Below are positions 18,821-28,441 of a stretch of 64,000 nt of DNA, one piece after another (the stretch's first letter is position 1; the number at the start of each line of letters is the position of its first letter). Under the pieces are notes generated by a model. It was not told the DNA's origin. It searched no databases and saw only the letters and a list, made by a program, of their open reading frames with translations. The position numbers were made by a program, and so were the translations under genes. This DNA is from a virus (taxonomy: Duplodnaviria; Heunggongvirae; Uroviricota; Caudoviricetes): IMG/VR virus record IMGVR_UViG_3300030434_000006, positions 955 through 64,954 of that record; one strand, 5' to 3'.

Positions 18821-21800
18821 GTGGAAAATCCAGTAAACAGGGCTGTGCAGGAGGCGGGATCGGTTGAGGAACTGATCCGGCTGGTCATGCGCCTGCACAA
18901 ACAGCGAACCGTAGTAGCGTTTGGCGTGACCAAGCGTGAAGGCGTGAGCCTGCAGCGTGAGCGCCGGAATGCAAACGACAATGCGATCGAGCTGCTTAAC
19001 TCACTGCCCCAGGGCTTCGACGGCAATAAACTGACCGACGATCAGCGCCGGGTATTGGCGGGCTACAGCGGCGAGGGCGGTCTGGAAGGCAGCGGCGGCA
19101 GTCAGTATGAGTACTACACACCGCCATTCATGGCGGAAGGTATCTGGGATCTGTTTTCCGATTACGGTATTACCAGCGGTCACATGCTGGAGCCGTCTGC
19201 CGGTACTGGCGTTTTTCAGGAGACAAAACCGGCTGGCGCCATGATGACGTCGGCCGAGATTTCGGACACGTCGGGACGCATTAACCAGCTGCTGCACCCG
19301 GAGGACGATGTTCGCCTGGGCGCGTTTGAGAAGCTGGCGGCATCAGTGCCGGATAACAGCTATGACCATGCCGTAGGCAATGTGCCGTTTGGCGACTCGC
19401 GCACTGGCTTTGCCGAGCTCGATCCCGCTTACCGCGATGAAACTAACGTCGGCCACTACTTTGTGATGCGCACCATCGACAAGGTGAAGTATGGCGGGCT
19501 GGTGGTGCTGGTGGTGCCGAACGGCATGACCGACGGCGGCGGCAACAACAAAAAGCTGCGCGATCGCGTTTCCCGTGTGGCGGAGTTCCTGGGCGCGCAC
19601 CGCATGCCGTCCGGCACGTTTGCCGAAAGCGGTACCGCAACGGTGGTGGATGTGTGGGTACTGCGAAAGCATACCGAAGCGCTGATGCAGCTGGTGCATG
19701 ATAGCGATGAACAGTCGCTTGAGGCGGCAAGCGTGCTATGGCCAACGTTCATCCGGGGCAAATGGTTCGAAACCGAAGGCCGTCGCTTTGTTCACGGTGA
19801 AACTGAGCGATCTGACTTCAATAACATCCTGGTGGTGAAGAAAGATGGCCAGCTGACCAATGCGGCAATGAAGGCCGCGCTGTCGCGCCGCTTTGATAGC
19901 CGTATCGACTGGGATCGGCTGGGTACGCCTGCCGCTGTCTGGCAGTCGCCGGTTGAAGGTGATAAGCGCCTCATGGCTGGCGTCTGGCACACCTATGACG
20001 GCACACGTTTTATCAAAGACGCCACCACCGCATCGAGCGGGATCGACGCGGAGCGGTTCGGCGCGGCGACGTTTGGCGACCTGCAGACAAAAACGCGCAC
20101 CATCAACGGCATGCTGTCGCTGGACAGCCGCGCCCTGTATGCCGCCAGCATGGAATACCCGCAGCTGTTTGACGATCGCATTCACGCCGCGATCCGTTTC
20201 GCTATGCAGCAGAAGCCCGGCCACCGATGGCGCGTTATGCGTGCCTCGATTATCGGTCTGCGCATCAATGACGCGCTGAATACGCAGATGCTGGGCGGCG
20301 ACGCCAGCGGCATCATTGCCGACGCTGCCCGCCTGGTGAGCGAAGAGGTGGGCCAGTACGGCACGCCGAAAGGCCTGAAACTGGCGGGGCTGTCTGACGC
20401 CAGCGCAAAGGGCTGGCTGAGTTTTCAGGCCAACGTCAGCCGTGAAGGCGATCTGTCGGCGCTGCTGAACGGCACCATCGACCGTAGCGAGGCTGTGGCA
20501 GTTGATTTCGCCAGCCCGGAGCAGGTGGTATCACATCTTTTCAGCGACGTTGATCTGGTTCCGGTTGCACTGGCCGCCTTCCGCGCCGCGTTTACCGGCC
20601 AGCTGCCGGAGGATGACGACGCGCTGCTGGCGCACCTGGCGACCTTCCCGGAGATCGCCCTCGATGGCAACGGCAACGTCATGCCACTGGCCCGCGCCAC
20701 CAGCGGGAACGTGCGCGGCAAAGTCTCCCGCCTGGCGGGGCTGATTGACGACGCGCCGGATGGCCCGGTAAAGGCGAACTATGTCCGCCAGCTGGAAGCC
20801 ATTAACGAGAAGCGCAATCACACGCCGATCGAAGACATTACGGTTAACCTCAATGCCCGCTGGCTGGACCGCCGCCTGATCAAAGAGTTTCTGATCGAGC
20901 AGGGCTTTGATGACTTCAAATACACGCAGGACCTGGAAAACGACAACGGTTATCTGACCGCAGAAGACAATTACGCAGGCAAAGACGGCGTTTTCTCTGG
21001 CTACCAGGTTCGCTCTGTCAACAGCAAAGGCGGCGTGACCGAGTTCAAGCGCGCCAGCTACAAAGACGGCTTCTACAATCAGCTGGAAAACTACCTGAAT
21101 GGCGTGAAGCCACGCGGGATAAATGCCAATGCGTACCTGAAGCGCATCAGCGATCTGGAGTCACATTTCAACGACTGGCTGCGCACGCACCCGGATGTGG
21201 AAACCGTCGTCAGCGACTACAACGACGCCTTTAACGGCTACGTTCCGTTTGAGCACTCGTCTGCCTCGCTGCAGCTGCAGCAGATCAGCGGCAAACGTAT
21301 TCCTCTGAGCTATCAGAATGCGGAAGTCCGGCGCCTGTCGGAAGACGGCCGCGGCATCATGGGCTTTGGCACGGGTCTGGGTAAAACCACCACGGCGCTG
21401 GCGCTGGAAGCCTATAACTACGAGGTGGGGCGCAGTAAGCGAACTGTCTACGTTGTGCCAAAAGCGGTCCTCCAGAACTGGTATCACGAAGCCCAGGGCT
21501 TCTACAGCGCCGAGGCCTTCCAGAACATTCTGTTTGTCGGGCTGGATGAAGTGCGCGGCGAAGATGGCCAGATCATGCAGGCCCAGGAGCGCGACGAGAA
21601 CAACGAGCCGAAACTGGACAAAGACGGCCAGCCGGTGATGCGTAATGTCGTGAAAGAGTCCGCGGCCGCAACCGTGCTTGAGCGCATGAATATGATCCCG
21701 GTTTCCAACTACCGCGCCGTGGTGATGACCAAAGAGCAGTTTGGCGATATCCCGATGCGCCCGGAGACAATCGAGGAAAACTCCAGCCAAGCGGTCTTTA

Positions 21801-24800
21801 ACCAGATTGAGAATGGCCGCACGGACCTGATGAAGTCCACGCACCGCGCCGCCACGTCCCGTAACAAACTCCGCGACAAAGCCGCCGATACCGGCACGAA
21901 GAAAAAGAGCCAGATCCCGTACTTTGAGGATATGCACTTTGACAGCGTGATCGCAGACGAAGGGCATAACTACCGCAACTCGCACAGCGCCGGACGTGAA
22001 GCAGGCCAGCTGGCCTACCTGCCTAATCCGTCTGTCTCCAAGATTGCCCGCGATATGGCCGTAAAAAGCCAGTACATGATGAAAAAGTACAACGGCCGTG
22101 GCGTCGTTATGCTGACCGCCACGCCGCTGGTCAACTCCCCGATTGACGCCTTTAACATGCTGTCACACGTCGTGTCGCTGGATGAATGGAAGGCGATGGG
22201 GATTCTGACGCCGGATGACTTTGTGCGGGTGTTCGGTGAAACCGAATCCGTGACGGTGCAGAAGATTTCAGGCGAACTGGAGGACAAGCAGGGGCTGGTG
22301 GGCTTCAAAAACCTGGACGGTCTGCGCGGCATCTTCCATCGCTGGACGACGCTCAAGTCTGCTGCTGACGTGAAAGACAGCGTGAAGATACCAGGCCTCG
22401 ACGAGAAAACCGTGGGTGTGCCGATGACCCGCGACCAGAAGGAGCTTTATGAAGAGCTGCGCCAGCGCGCCAGCCGTATCGGGCAGCAGGAATCCCTGCA
22501 GGACAATGGCGACGGTACTATGTCCATCGTACAGAACGACGACGATTTCATTTTCTCTGTTATCCGCGACATGGATAAGGTGGTTATCGATCCGGACCTG
22601 TACCGCTCTGCTATAACGTTCCGCTTCCGTGAAGAGGACACTGAGCTGGCGAAACAGGTGGCGCGGGCGCTGCCGGGTGAGGCTGGTGGCCAGCTGCTTG
22701 CCGGTGATGATGAAGAGACCGCTGAGGACGCGGAAACCGGTCTAACCGACACGCGCACCAGTAAGGTAGTCAAGACCACGCTGAAGAATCGCGGGGGCGT
22801 CGTGGAGCTGGTGGTGAGCGACACGCTGGAGCAGCAGGTACTGGATGCGATCGCCGCTGCCGGTATCAGCATGGAAAACGTCTCGCACCCGGTACCGCCG
22901 AAGTATGCCGCGCTGATTGAAAACCTGAAGGCAGGCCTGCCAGACGGTAAGCAGATCATTTTCATGGATGAAAAGTCCCAGCACAACAAGCTGCGCCGCA
23001 TCATCGCCAGCGCCCTGGGCCTGGCGGAGCAGCAGATAGGCATCATCAACGCCACAACAGTCAGCAAAGCGTCTGGCGTGAAGTTGAAGCCCGTGAAGAA
23101 ACCGGTTGAGCCGGTGGAAAAAGCGGACGGTAGCTTTAAGGAAGGCGCATGGGATAAGTACTATCAGGATCTGGCGCGCTATGAGGATTATCAGGCCGCG
23201 CAGAGTGACGCCTCGCTGGCCGGTATGGAAGGGATCGCCGCCGACTACAACGAAGGCCGCACGCCAATCATCATCTGCAACAAAAAGGCCGAAGTGGGGA
23301 TCAACCTGCACAAAGGCACCGCCGATACGCACCATCTGACACTCCCCTGGACGCCAGCCAGTATCGACCAGCGTAACGGACGCGGCGCCCGCGTGGGCTC
23401 CGAGCGCGACACCATGCGCGTGCATTACTACTGTGGCAAAGGGTCATTTGACGAGTTCCGTCTGGAGACGCTGCAGCGCAAGAAAAACTGGATCAACGAC
23501 GTCATGAAATCCGACGTATCCAGCATTAAAAACGGCGATGTGGAGTCGAAAGAAGAGCAAAGCCTGCTGCTGGCCGCTAATCCGGAAGAGCGCCGCGCCC
23601 GCGTCGATGCACAGCTGAAAGCGAAGCGTGAAGCCGACCGTCAGCAGGCCGAGCGCGAAGCTGCTGCCGCGCTGGATATCTATCTGAAGGCAAGCGTCGC
23701 CGCTGCTACACCTGTTGAAGTGCTTGAAGACAATATTACCAAGCTGTCTGCTGCCTTTGATGCGATCAACGGCGAGATTGCTGGCTATCGCGAGGACGTC
23801 ACCGAAGCGGAAGCAGCCTATAACCTTGAAGTTGAGAAGTATGGCAAACGGTCAGCAGATCAGTGGCGCGGTCAGGACCGTCGCGTAGCGCGTGCTGCAC
23901 TCCGTGATGGCCTGGCGAAGCAGAAGAAGCTGGAGCAGGAGCTGGGCGGCGCACGCAAGGCGCTGACTCGCTCCAAAAGTGCATCCAGCACCATCAAGCG
24001 CTCCCGCGGGGAAGTCGAACGCGCAATTAAGTCCGGCGCGCTGGAAGTCGATCCGGACGTGCTGCGCGCCCCGGAGCAGTACATGAAACTGCCCGATGGT
24101 CAGCTGGTGCGTATTGGCGCGACCTATGAAATCTGGCTCAACGATGACCGTGAAGAAAAGGGCGTATTCCAGATCCGCAAATTCTTCCCGGAGAAAAATA
24201 CGGTTGAGGTTGAGCTGATCCACAAGCCGCTGCGCAGCTATACCGGTCCGAATGTCGGTGGCTTTGCTGAAATGCCTTCTGCGCTGGTGGGCGACCGCGT
24301 GGATATCACCAGTGACCAGGCAAAAGCGCTTCAGACAGCAGCGAAGGGCATCGAGCCGATAGACCTGGCGGACAGACTGAGCCGTGCTGACTTTTACGCG
24401 GCCATTCACGCTGGCGTGCTGAATGTGCGCACGGACGGATGGCTGTACCGCGACAGCGACGGCAGGCTGAAACTGGCATACCTCAGCGGCACGATCAGCG
24501 CCAGCGAAGAGCGACCGGCTGAAACGTGGCTGTACCCGGACCACACCGACGAGCAGTTGAAGCGTGAGCTTTATCAGTACAGCGTGGACAACAACATCTA
24601 CAGCGCGCAGGGCTTCTTTAAGGCAATGTTTGGCCGTAACTACGACACAGCATTGCAGGCTTACGGGAAGCAGGCGGGCATGGCGGACGTGGTTAAAGTC
24701 TTTAACAGACTAGTGGCCGAGTTCGAAGCGAATGACCCCAAAAAGCGGTCAGTGACCGGCGCGAATGATGAAGAGGCTCATGCCGCCTTCCTGGATTCGG

Positions 24801-25690
24801 CGCAGGACCGTTACTACTGGAGCAACGTTATCAGCCTTCGTCAGTTCCGTAACGGCATGGAGGGCTTCTCTAACCGTCATGAGTACGAAGCGCTATTCGA
24901 ACAACTGCGTAACGAGATGGCCGACGGCAAGGTGCAGGCTGTCAAATCACTGACAGAACAGTATGCCGCCGCCGCGCTGCAGCAGTTCCGCCAGATGAGC
25001 GAGAGTGATAGCCAGGCCGGTATTGCCGTGCTGCTGGTGAAGTCTAAGTTTGATGCTTACAGTGACGTTGACCGGGCAGCAACCGTAACGGAGTCACCGG
25101 CAGCAATTTATCTGCGCGCCGGCGTTTCACTGGGTGCGCTCGATGACGCCGGAATCAACGTCGAAACGTTCGCCTCATCCAGCGCTATTAAGCGGCAGCT
25201 AACGATGGTTTATCTGTGGCTGGATCGAATGGAAAAAGGCGATTACCGCGAGTACGCGACGACGTGGGACGACTATAAAGCGCTGATGACCGGCAAGCTG
25301 TCGCCTGACGTTGTGGAGGCCCGCCGTGAAGAAACCAACAGACTCGCGGCGGCCGCGGCAACGACCGTGCGTACCGTTCAGGCAGAGAAGCAGTCCGATG
25401 GCTTCCTGGTCATGACAAACGAGCAGGAGCTGGTGGCTTCGCGCAAGTGGAAGAACCGCACCTTTAAAATCGACTTCCCGGCTGGTGGCGCTTATGTCCT
25501 GACGGACACCAGTGATAAGCCGGTGCTTAAGCGCAAAGCGGTGCGTGATCTCATCAAAGAGAAGTACGGCGCGAAATTCTGGAATTTTGAAGAAGATCCG
25601 GTAGCCGGAAACGAGTTTACACAAGCCGCCTGGCTTATCCCTTCCTCCCACGATCTCAATGCGTTACGCAACGATATTGTAAACGCATAA
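18821..25690 (+). CDS. DarB-like antirestriction protein: N6-adenine methyltransferase fused to SNF2-type helicase
   Basis: 2289 aa; MTase motif I LEPSAGTGVF and motif IV GNVPFG; helicase Walker A GFGTGLGKTTTA, DEGH box IADEGHNYRN, motif VI QRNGRGARVG; size and domain order match P1 DarB (2255 aa). Confidence 0.7.
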   Translation: MENPVNRAVQEAGSVEELIRLVMRLHKQRTVVAFGVTKREGVSLQRERRNANDNAIELLNSLPQGFDGNKLTDDQRRVLAGYSGEGGLEGSGGSQYEYYTPPFMAEGIWDLFSDYGITSGHMLEPSAGTGVFQETKPAGAMMTSAEISDTSGRINQLLHPEDDVRLGAFEKLAASVPDNSYDHAVGNVPFGDSRTGFAELDPAYRDETNVGHYFVMRTIDKVKYGGLVVLVVPNGMTDGGGNNKKLRDRVSRVAEFLGAHRMPSGTFAESGTATVVDVWVLRKHTEALMQLVHDSDEQSLEAASVLWPTFIRGKWFETEGRRFVHGETERSDFNNILVVKKDGQLTNAAMKAALSRRFDSRIDWDRLGTPAAVWQSPVEGDKRLMAGVWHTYDGTRFIKDATTASSGIDAERFGAATFGDLQTKTRTINGMLSLDSRALYAASMEYPQLFDDRIHAAIRFAMQQKPGHRWRVMRASIIGLRINDALNTQMLGGDASGIIADAARLVSEEVGQYGTPKGLKLAGLSDASAKGWLSFQANVSREGDLSALLNGTIDRSEAVAVDFASPEQVVSHLFSDVDLVPVALAAFRAAFTGQLPEDDDALLAHLATFPEIALDGNGNVMPLARATSGNVRGKVSRLAGLIDDAPDGPVKANYVRQLEAINEKRNHTPIEDITVNLNARWLDRRLIKEFLIEQGFDDFKYTQDLENDNGYLTAEDNYAGKDGVFSGYQVRSVNSKGGVTEFKRASYKDGFYNQLENYLNGVKPRGINANAYLKRISDLESHFNDWLRTHPDVETVVSDYNDAFNGYVPFEHSSASLQLQQISGKRIPLSYQNAEVRRLSEDGRGIMGFGTGLGKTTTALALEAYNYEVGRSKRTVYVVPKAVLQNWYHEAQGFYSAEAFQNILFVGLDEVRGEDGQIMQAQERDENNEPKLDKDGQPVMRNVVKESAAATVLERMNMIPVSNYRAVVMTKEQFGDIPMRPETIEENSSQAVFNQIENGRTDLMKSTHRAATSRNKLRDKAADTGTKKKSQIPYFEDMHFDSVIADEGHNYRNSHSAGREAGQLAYLPNPSVSKIARDMAVKSQYMMKKYNGRGVVMLTATPLVNSPIDAFNMLSHVVSLDEWKAMGILTPDDFVRVFGETESVTVQKISGELEDKQGLVGFKNLDGLRGIFHRWTTLKSAADVKDSVKIPGLDEKTVGVPMTRDQKELYEELRQRASRIGQQESLQDNGDGTMSIVQNDDDFIFSVIRDMDKVVIDPDLYRSAITFRFREEDTELAKQVARALPGEAGGQLLAGDDEETAEDAETGLTDTRTSKVVKTTLKNRGGVVELVVSDTLEQQVLDAIAAAGISMENVSHPVPPKYAALIENLKAGLPDGKQIIFMDEKSQHNKLRRIIASALGLAEQQIGIINATTVSKASGVKLKPVKKPVEPVEKADGSFKEGAWDKYYQDLARYEDYQAAQSDASLAGMEGIAADYNEGRTPIIICNKKAEVGINLHKGTADTHHLTLPWTPASIDQRNGRGARVGSERDTMRVHYYCGKGSFDEFRLETLQRKKNWINDVMKSDVSSIKNGDVESKEEQSLLLAANPEERRARVDAQLKAKREADRQQAEREAAAALDIYLKASVAAATPVEVLEDNITKLSAAFDAINGEIAGYREDVTEAEAAYNLEVEKYGKRSADQWRGQDRRVARAALRDGLAKQKKLEQELGGARKALTRSKSASSTIKRSRGEVERAIKSGALEVDPDVLRAPEQYMKLPDGQLVRIGATYEIWLNDDREEKGVFQIRKFFPEKNTVEVELIHKPLRSYTGPNVGGFAEMPSALVGDRVDITSDQAKALQTAAKGIEPIDLADRLSRADFYAAIHAGVLNVRTDGWLYRDSDGRLKLAYLSGTISASEERPAETWLYPDHTDEQLKRELYQYSVDNNIYSAQGFFKAMFGRNYDTALQAYGKQAGMADVVKVFNRLVAEFEANDPKKRSVTGANDEEAHAAFLDSAQDRYYWSNVISLRQFRNGMEGFSNRHEYEALFEQLRNEMADGKVQAVKSLTEQYAAAALQQFRQMSESDSQAGIAVLLVKSKFDAYSDVDRAATVTESPAAIYLRAGVSLGALDDAGINVETFASSSAIKRQLTMVYLWLDRMEKGDYREYATTWDDYKALMTGKLSPDVVEARREETNRLAAAAATTVRTVQAEKQSDGFLVMTNEQELVASRKWKNRTFKIDFPAGGAYVLTDTSDKPVLKRKAVRDLIKEKYGAKFWNFEEDPVAGNEFTQAAWLIPSSHDLNALRNDIVNA

Positions 25691-25720
25691 TTCAGGAGCG
25701 GCCCGCGAGGGCCGTCGAAC

Positions 25721-26149
25721 ATGACGACACTCATTGATACCATCAAGCCAACCGAAACCTACATCGAGAGCCTGCTACCGCTGGCGCTGGACGGGCGAAC
25801 CGAAGAGGCCTTTTTAGTAAACTATCTGGAAAATTTAGTAAAGCGCGTGAGCAGTGCGAGGTTTGCGTACCGGGCTTTTGGGCCGTGGTGGCCTGCCGTC
25901 AAAACGTTATTGCTGGAACGTGCTACTACTAAATTTGGGCAGATAGTCGAAAGCGATGTAGCTGAAATATACTCGCTTTCACGTCCTGCTCTTACGGTCA
26001 TAGCTGCGCACCTGTACGCTGACGACCGTACCGAAAACGATGCCGTATTCAGCGCGGTACATCTGCTTCCCGTGATGCCTTCGGCGGATGATACTGAACC
26101 TTACATGTATGTCAGCTATGATGAATCCATAGAGAAAAGAAGATTTTAG
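25721..26149 (+). CDS. hypothetical protein
   Basis: 142 aa ORF downstream of darB. Confidence 0.3.
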   Translation: MTTLIDTIKPTETYIESLLPLALDGRTEEAFLVNYLENLVKRVSSARFAYRAFGPWWPAVKTLLLERATTKFGQIVESDVAEIYSLSRPALTVIAAHLYADDRTENDAVFSAVHLLPVMPSADDTEPYMYVSYDESIEKRRF

Positions 26150-26157
26150 GAGACACC

Positions 26158-26439
26158 GTGCCGCGAGAGAACAAGTACCTTAAGCTGGAGGAACTGGAAG
26201 CCTATGCCTATGCCAATGGTGCTGAGCTGAATTTTTACCCCCCGACTGGGGTATTTACGATGCGTAATCGCCAGGATCATGAAGCATGGGTATGGGTCAT
26301 TAATCCCTACACACAGGAGAGAGTTAAGCGGGTACGGGAACTGGATAAAAGTAGCTGGATTTCTGCGCTGCAGGATGCGTTAAATCGGCTGAAAAATGCC
26401 GGAGAAGCCTTGCCGCAGGTGAAAAGTGACGAAAAGTAG
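26158..26439 (+). CDS. hypothetical protein
   Basis: 93 aa, GTG start after the SD AGGAGA. Confidence 0.3.
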   Translation: MPRENKYLKLEELEAYAYANGAELNFYPPTGVFTMRNRQDHEAWVWVINPYTQERVKRVRELDKSSWISALQDALNRLKNAGEALPQVKSDEK

Positions 26440-26504
26440 TTATTTTAATTGACGATAAATTAGAAAACCCTTAGATTGCGTTAAGCAGCTAAGGCAGCGA
26501 CAAA

Positions 26505-26536
26505 GAAAAAGCCCGACCATAAGGCCGGGCTTTCAC
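26505..26536. terminator. bidirectional hairpin terminator
   Basis: agcccgacc-ataa-ggccgggct; T-run on the minus-strand side, weaker T-run on the plus side. Confidence 0.5.
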
Positions 26537-26593
26537 TTTGCAGGGGTTCAGTTTGGCGACGTACACCCCTGCACCTAACAAAGAGAATATACC

Positions 26594-26758
26594 ATGAATA
26601 ATTTTGCGCAGCGTGATTTTGTTAATGCCACCTCAAACAAGGCTCTTTCAGCAAAAGCCACGCCTTTTTCTAATGTGATCGGCAGGTTCCTTGTACTTTG
26701 CTTCAGTACGCTCGGTATCGTTTACAGCCTTGCGTTCATGTGGATGGCCCACCAGTAA
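26594..26758 (+). CDS. small hydrophobic peptide (54 aa), not in the ORF track
   Basis: MNNFAQRDFVNATSNKALSAKATPFSNVIGRFLVLCFSTLGIVYSLAFMWMAHQ; single C-terminal TM helix; weak SD. Confidence 0.3.
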   Translation: MNNFAQRDFVNATSNKALSAKATPFSNVIGRFLVLCFSTLGIVYSLAFMWMAHQ

Positions 26759-26894
26759 AAAGATAACTGCCTGTAATAACTATCTTTCAAAGATGTAGAT
26801 TACAGGCTTGTTTTTTCCCGTCTCAGCGTTAAAAATACCCCCCAACGCAGATCCACTTTTTAGACTAATTAATCATCGGTTGGCAATTTCGGAT

Positions 26895-27485
26895 ATGCGC
26901 TTCAGTGAAGAGTGGTTGCACTCCTATAAAAAAAATCAAAAAAACCGCACCAAAGCAGCTGTTAAATCTGCTGGTGGAGCGTCGGTAAAATCCGGCAAAA
27001 CCTCTGCCTGGTTAGCGGCAGCTTTAGAAATATCGGTTCACGCAAAAGCGCTGGCCGCTCTCGTCAAAAATCCCGATCTGCGCAAAGGCAAACAAGAGCA
27101 TTACGATCAGGTTCGAATCTTTGACCATTTTCACCGTCACAACAGGGTTATTTATGACCATCTGTATGCCGTACCAAACGGAGGATTTCGCTTAAAGGCG
27201 ACCGCCGCAGCGATCGAGGCTGAGGGCGCAAAGCGGGGCGTTCCGGATATGTCCCTGGAAATACCGGCAGGCATCTATCACGGAATGCGGGTAGAGCAGA
27301 AACACGGTAAGAATATGCCTTCTGAGTTTCAGCTGACGTGGATGCGTCGCCTGAAAGAGCAGGGGTACTACGTTCTTTTATCATTTTCACCTGAAGAGAC
27401 GATCAGCGTGATGGAACAATACGCAGTTCTCAAAGCAGGCGAAGCAATGCCAGCGCATGAGAATGACGGTTTCTGGAGCGAATAA
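26895..27485 (+). CDS. VRR-NUC domain nuclease
   Basis: GVPDMSLEIPAGIYHGMRVEQKHGKN gives the PD-(D/E)xK signature and ...SEFQLTWMRRLKEQGYYVLL matches the VRR-NUC consensus; internal ATG chosen (ORF begins 26808). Confidence 0.55.
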   Translation: MRFSEEWLHSYKKNQKNRTKAAVKSAGGASVKSGKTSAWLAAALEISVHAKALAALVKNPDLRKGKQEHYDQVRIFDHFHRHNRVIYDHLYAVPNGGFRLKATAAAIEAEGAKRGVPDMSLEIPAGIYHGMRVEQKHGKNMPSEFQLTWMRRLKEQGYYVLLSFSPEETISVMEQYAVLKAGEAMPAHENDGFWSE

Positions 27486-28004
27486 GTGCTTTTTGACGCG
27501 CAGTTTTTTACCGGATGCCCCACCTTTGAGCAGTATGCGCGCCGTAAAAAGACGCGCGACGGCTTGGGCCGTGGGCTTTCGGTTTTTGCCGACATGGCTA
27601 TGGACGTCGGCATTTTCAAAGTACCGAAGCAGGAGCTTATGTCGCGCAGCGGCATGAGTAACCGCCAGCTGAACTATTTCGGCGGCGTGAAGGGGATCAG
27701 TTACATCTTGAGAAAATCATTAACAGAAGGACGCGGACGCATGACTACGGCACAGATCGAAGGTTTGAGCAAAATTGGAATCGGTGCCATTACGTGCAGC
27801 TATGACCGCGCCTTGCTGAAGATGAAAGAGGATCCGGAATTGCTGATGCGCCGGGAAGCGTGGGAGGCGGGTTACTTTGTGTCGCTTGAGCAGGAGCATG
27901 AAGGCTGTGACGTGCTGATACTGACCCGACCGGACGGCGGCGTTGAGATACACGAACTGAGCATTAACGATATGCGCGTCAGCGACTGGGTAGTTATCAG
28001 CTGA
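27486..28004 (+). CDS. hypothetical protein
   Basis: 172 aa, GTG start; stop overlaps the next start (ATGA). Confidence 0.3.
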   Translation: MLFDAQFFTGCPTFEQYARRKKTRDGLGRGLSVFADMAMDVGIFKVPKQELMSRSGMSNRQLNYFGGVKGISYILRKSLTEGRGRMTTAQIEGLSKIGIGAITCSYDRALLKMKEDPELLMRREAWEAGYFVSLEQEHEGCDVLILTRPDGGVEIHELSINDMRVSDWVVIS

Positions 28005-28300
28005 TGGGCCAGGATAAGCCATACCACTACCATACTGTCTGCTACATGGGCGACAACGGGAAGATGAGATCCGGAATCGTCCAGCTGGCCACACGTCAGA
28101 TTTCCCGCCAGACGCTTGAAAACGTCCGGGCTACGCTTAGCTTTGACGAAAACGCAGTGCTGATCTCGCACAGCTACCTGGGCAGGATGACGCAGACAGA
28201 GTATGAGACCGGCGAGATCAAGGTGCCGTCTGTACTGCTGAACGTGCTGATGATTATCACTGTGGCCGCCATAGCCGTAACGGCGCTGAAACTGCTGTAA
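28004..28300 (+). CDS. tail-anchored small membrane protein
   Basis: 98 aa, C-terminal TM helix VLLNVLMIITVAAIAVTAL. Confidence 0.3.
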   Translation: MGQDKPYHYHTVCYMGDNGKMRSGIVQLATRQISRQTLENVRATLSFDENAVLISHSYLGRMTQTEYETGEIKVPSVLLNVLMIITVAAIAVTALKLL

Positions 28301-28363
28301 CCCTCTGCTGGTGGCGGAGTCCACGATAACGCCACCAGCAATCTCGCCTTAATTGTTTAATCA

Positions 28364-28384
28364 AATCTAAGAAAACTCTTAGAC
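28364..28384 (+). repeat. 21-bp element AATCTAAGAAAACTCTTAGAC (left copy of a perfect inverted repeat; internally palindromic)
   Basis: exact reverse complement found at 29754..29774. Confidence 0.85.
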
Positions 28385-28398
28385 AGTGGTTAATTTCG
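28383..28398 (+). promoter_or_regulatory. ACAGTGGTTAATTTCG element (family copy a)
   Basis: 14/16 identity to the copies at 36835 and 57099; abuts the left IR. Confidence 0.35.
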
Positions 28399-28441
28399 AG
28401 TTATCATCCGCCGCAAATTACACGCGGATCTGATTCTCAAT

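Noticed and set aside
19343-20364. Cluster of 60-160-aa minus-strand ORFs inside the DarB-like gene
   Set aside because: Arg/Ala-rich translations typical of GC-rich antisense; fully contained in a gene with strong motifs
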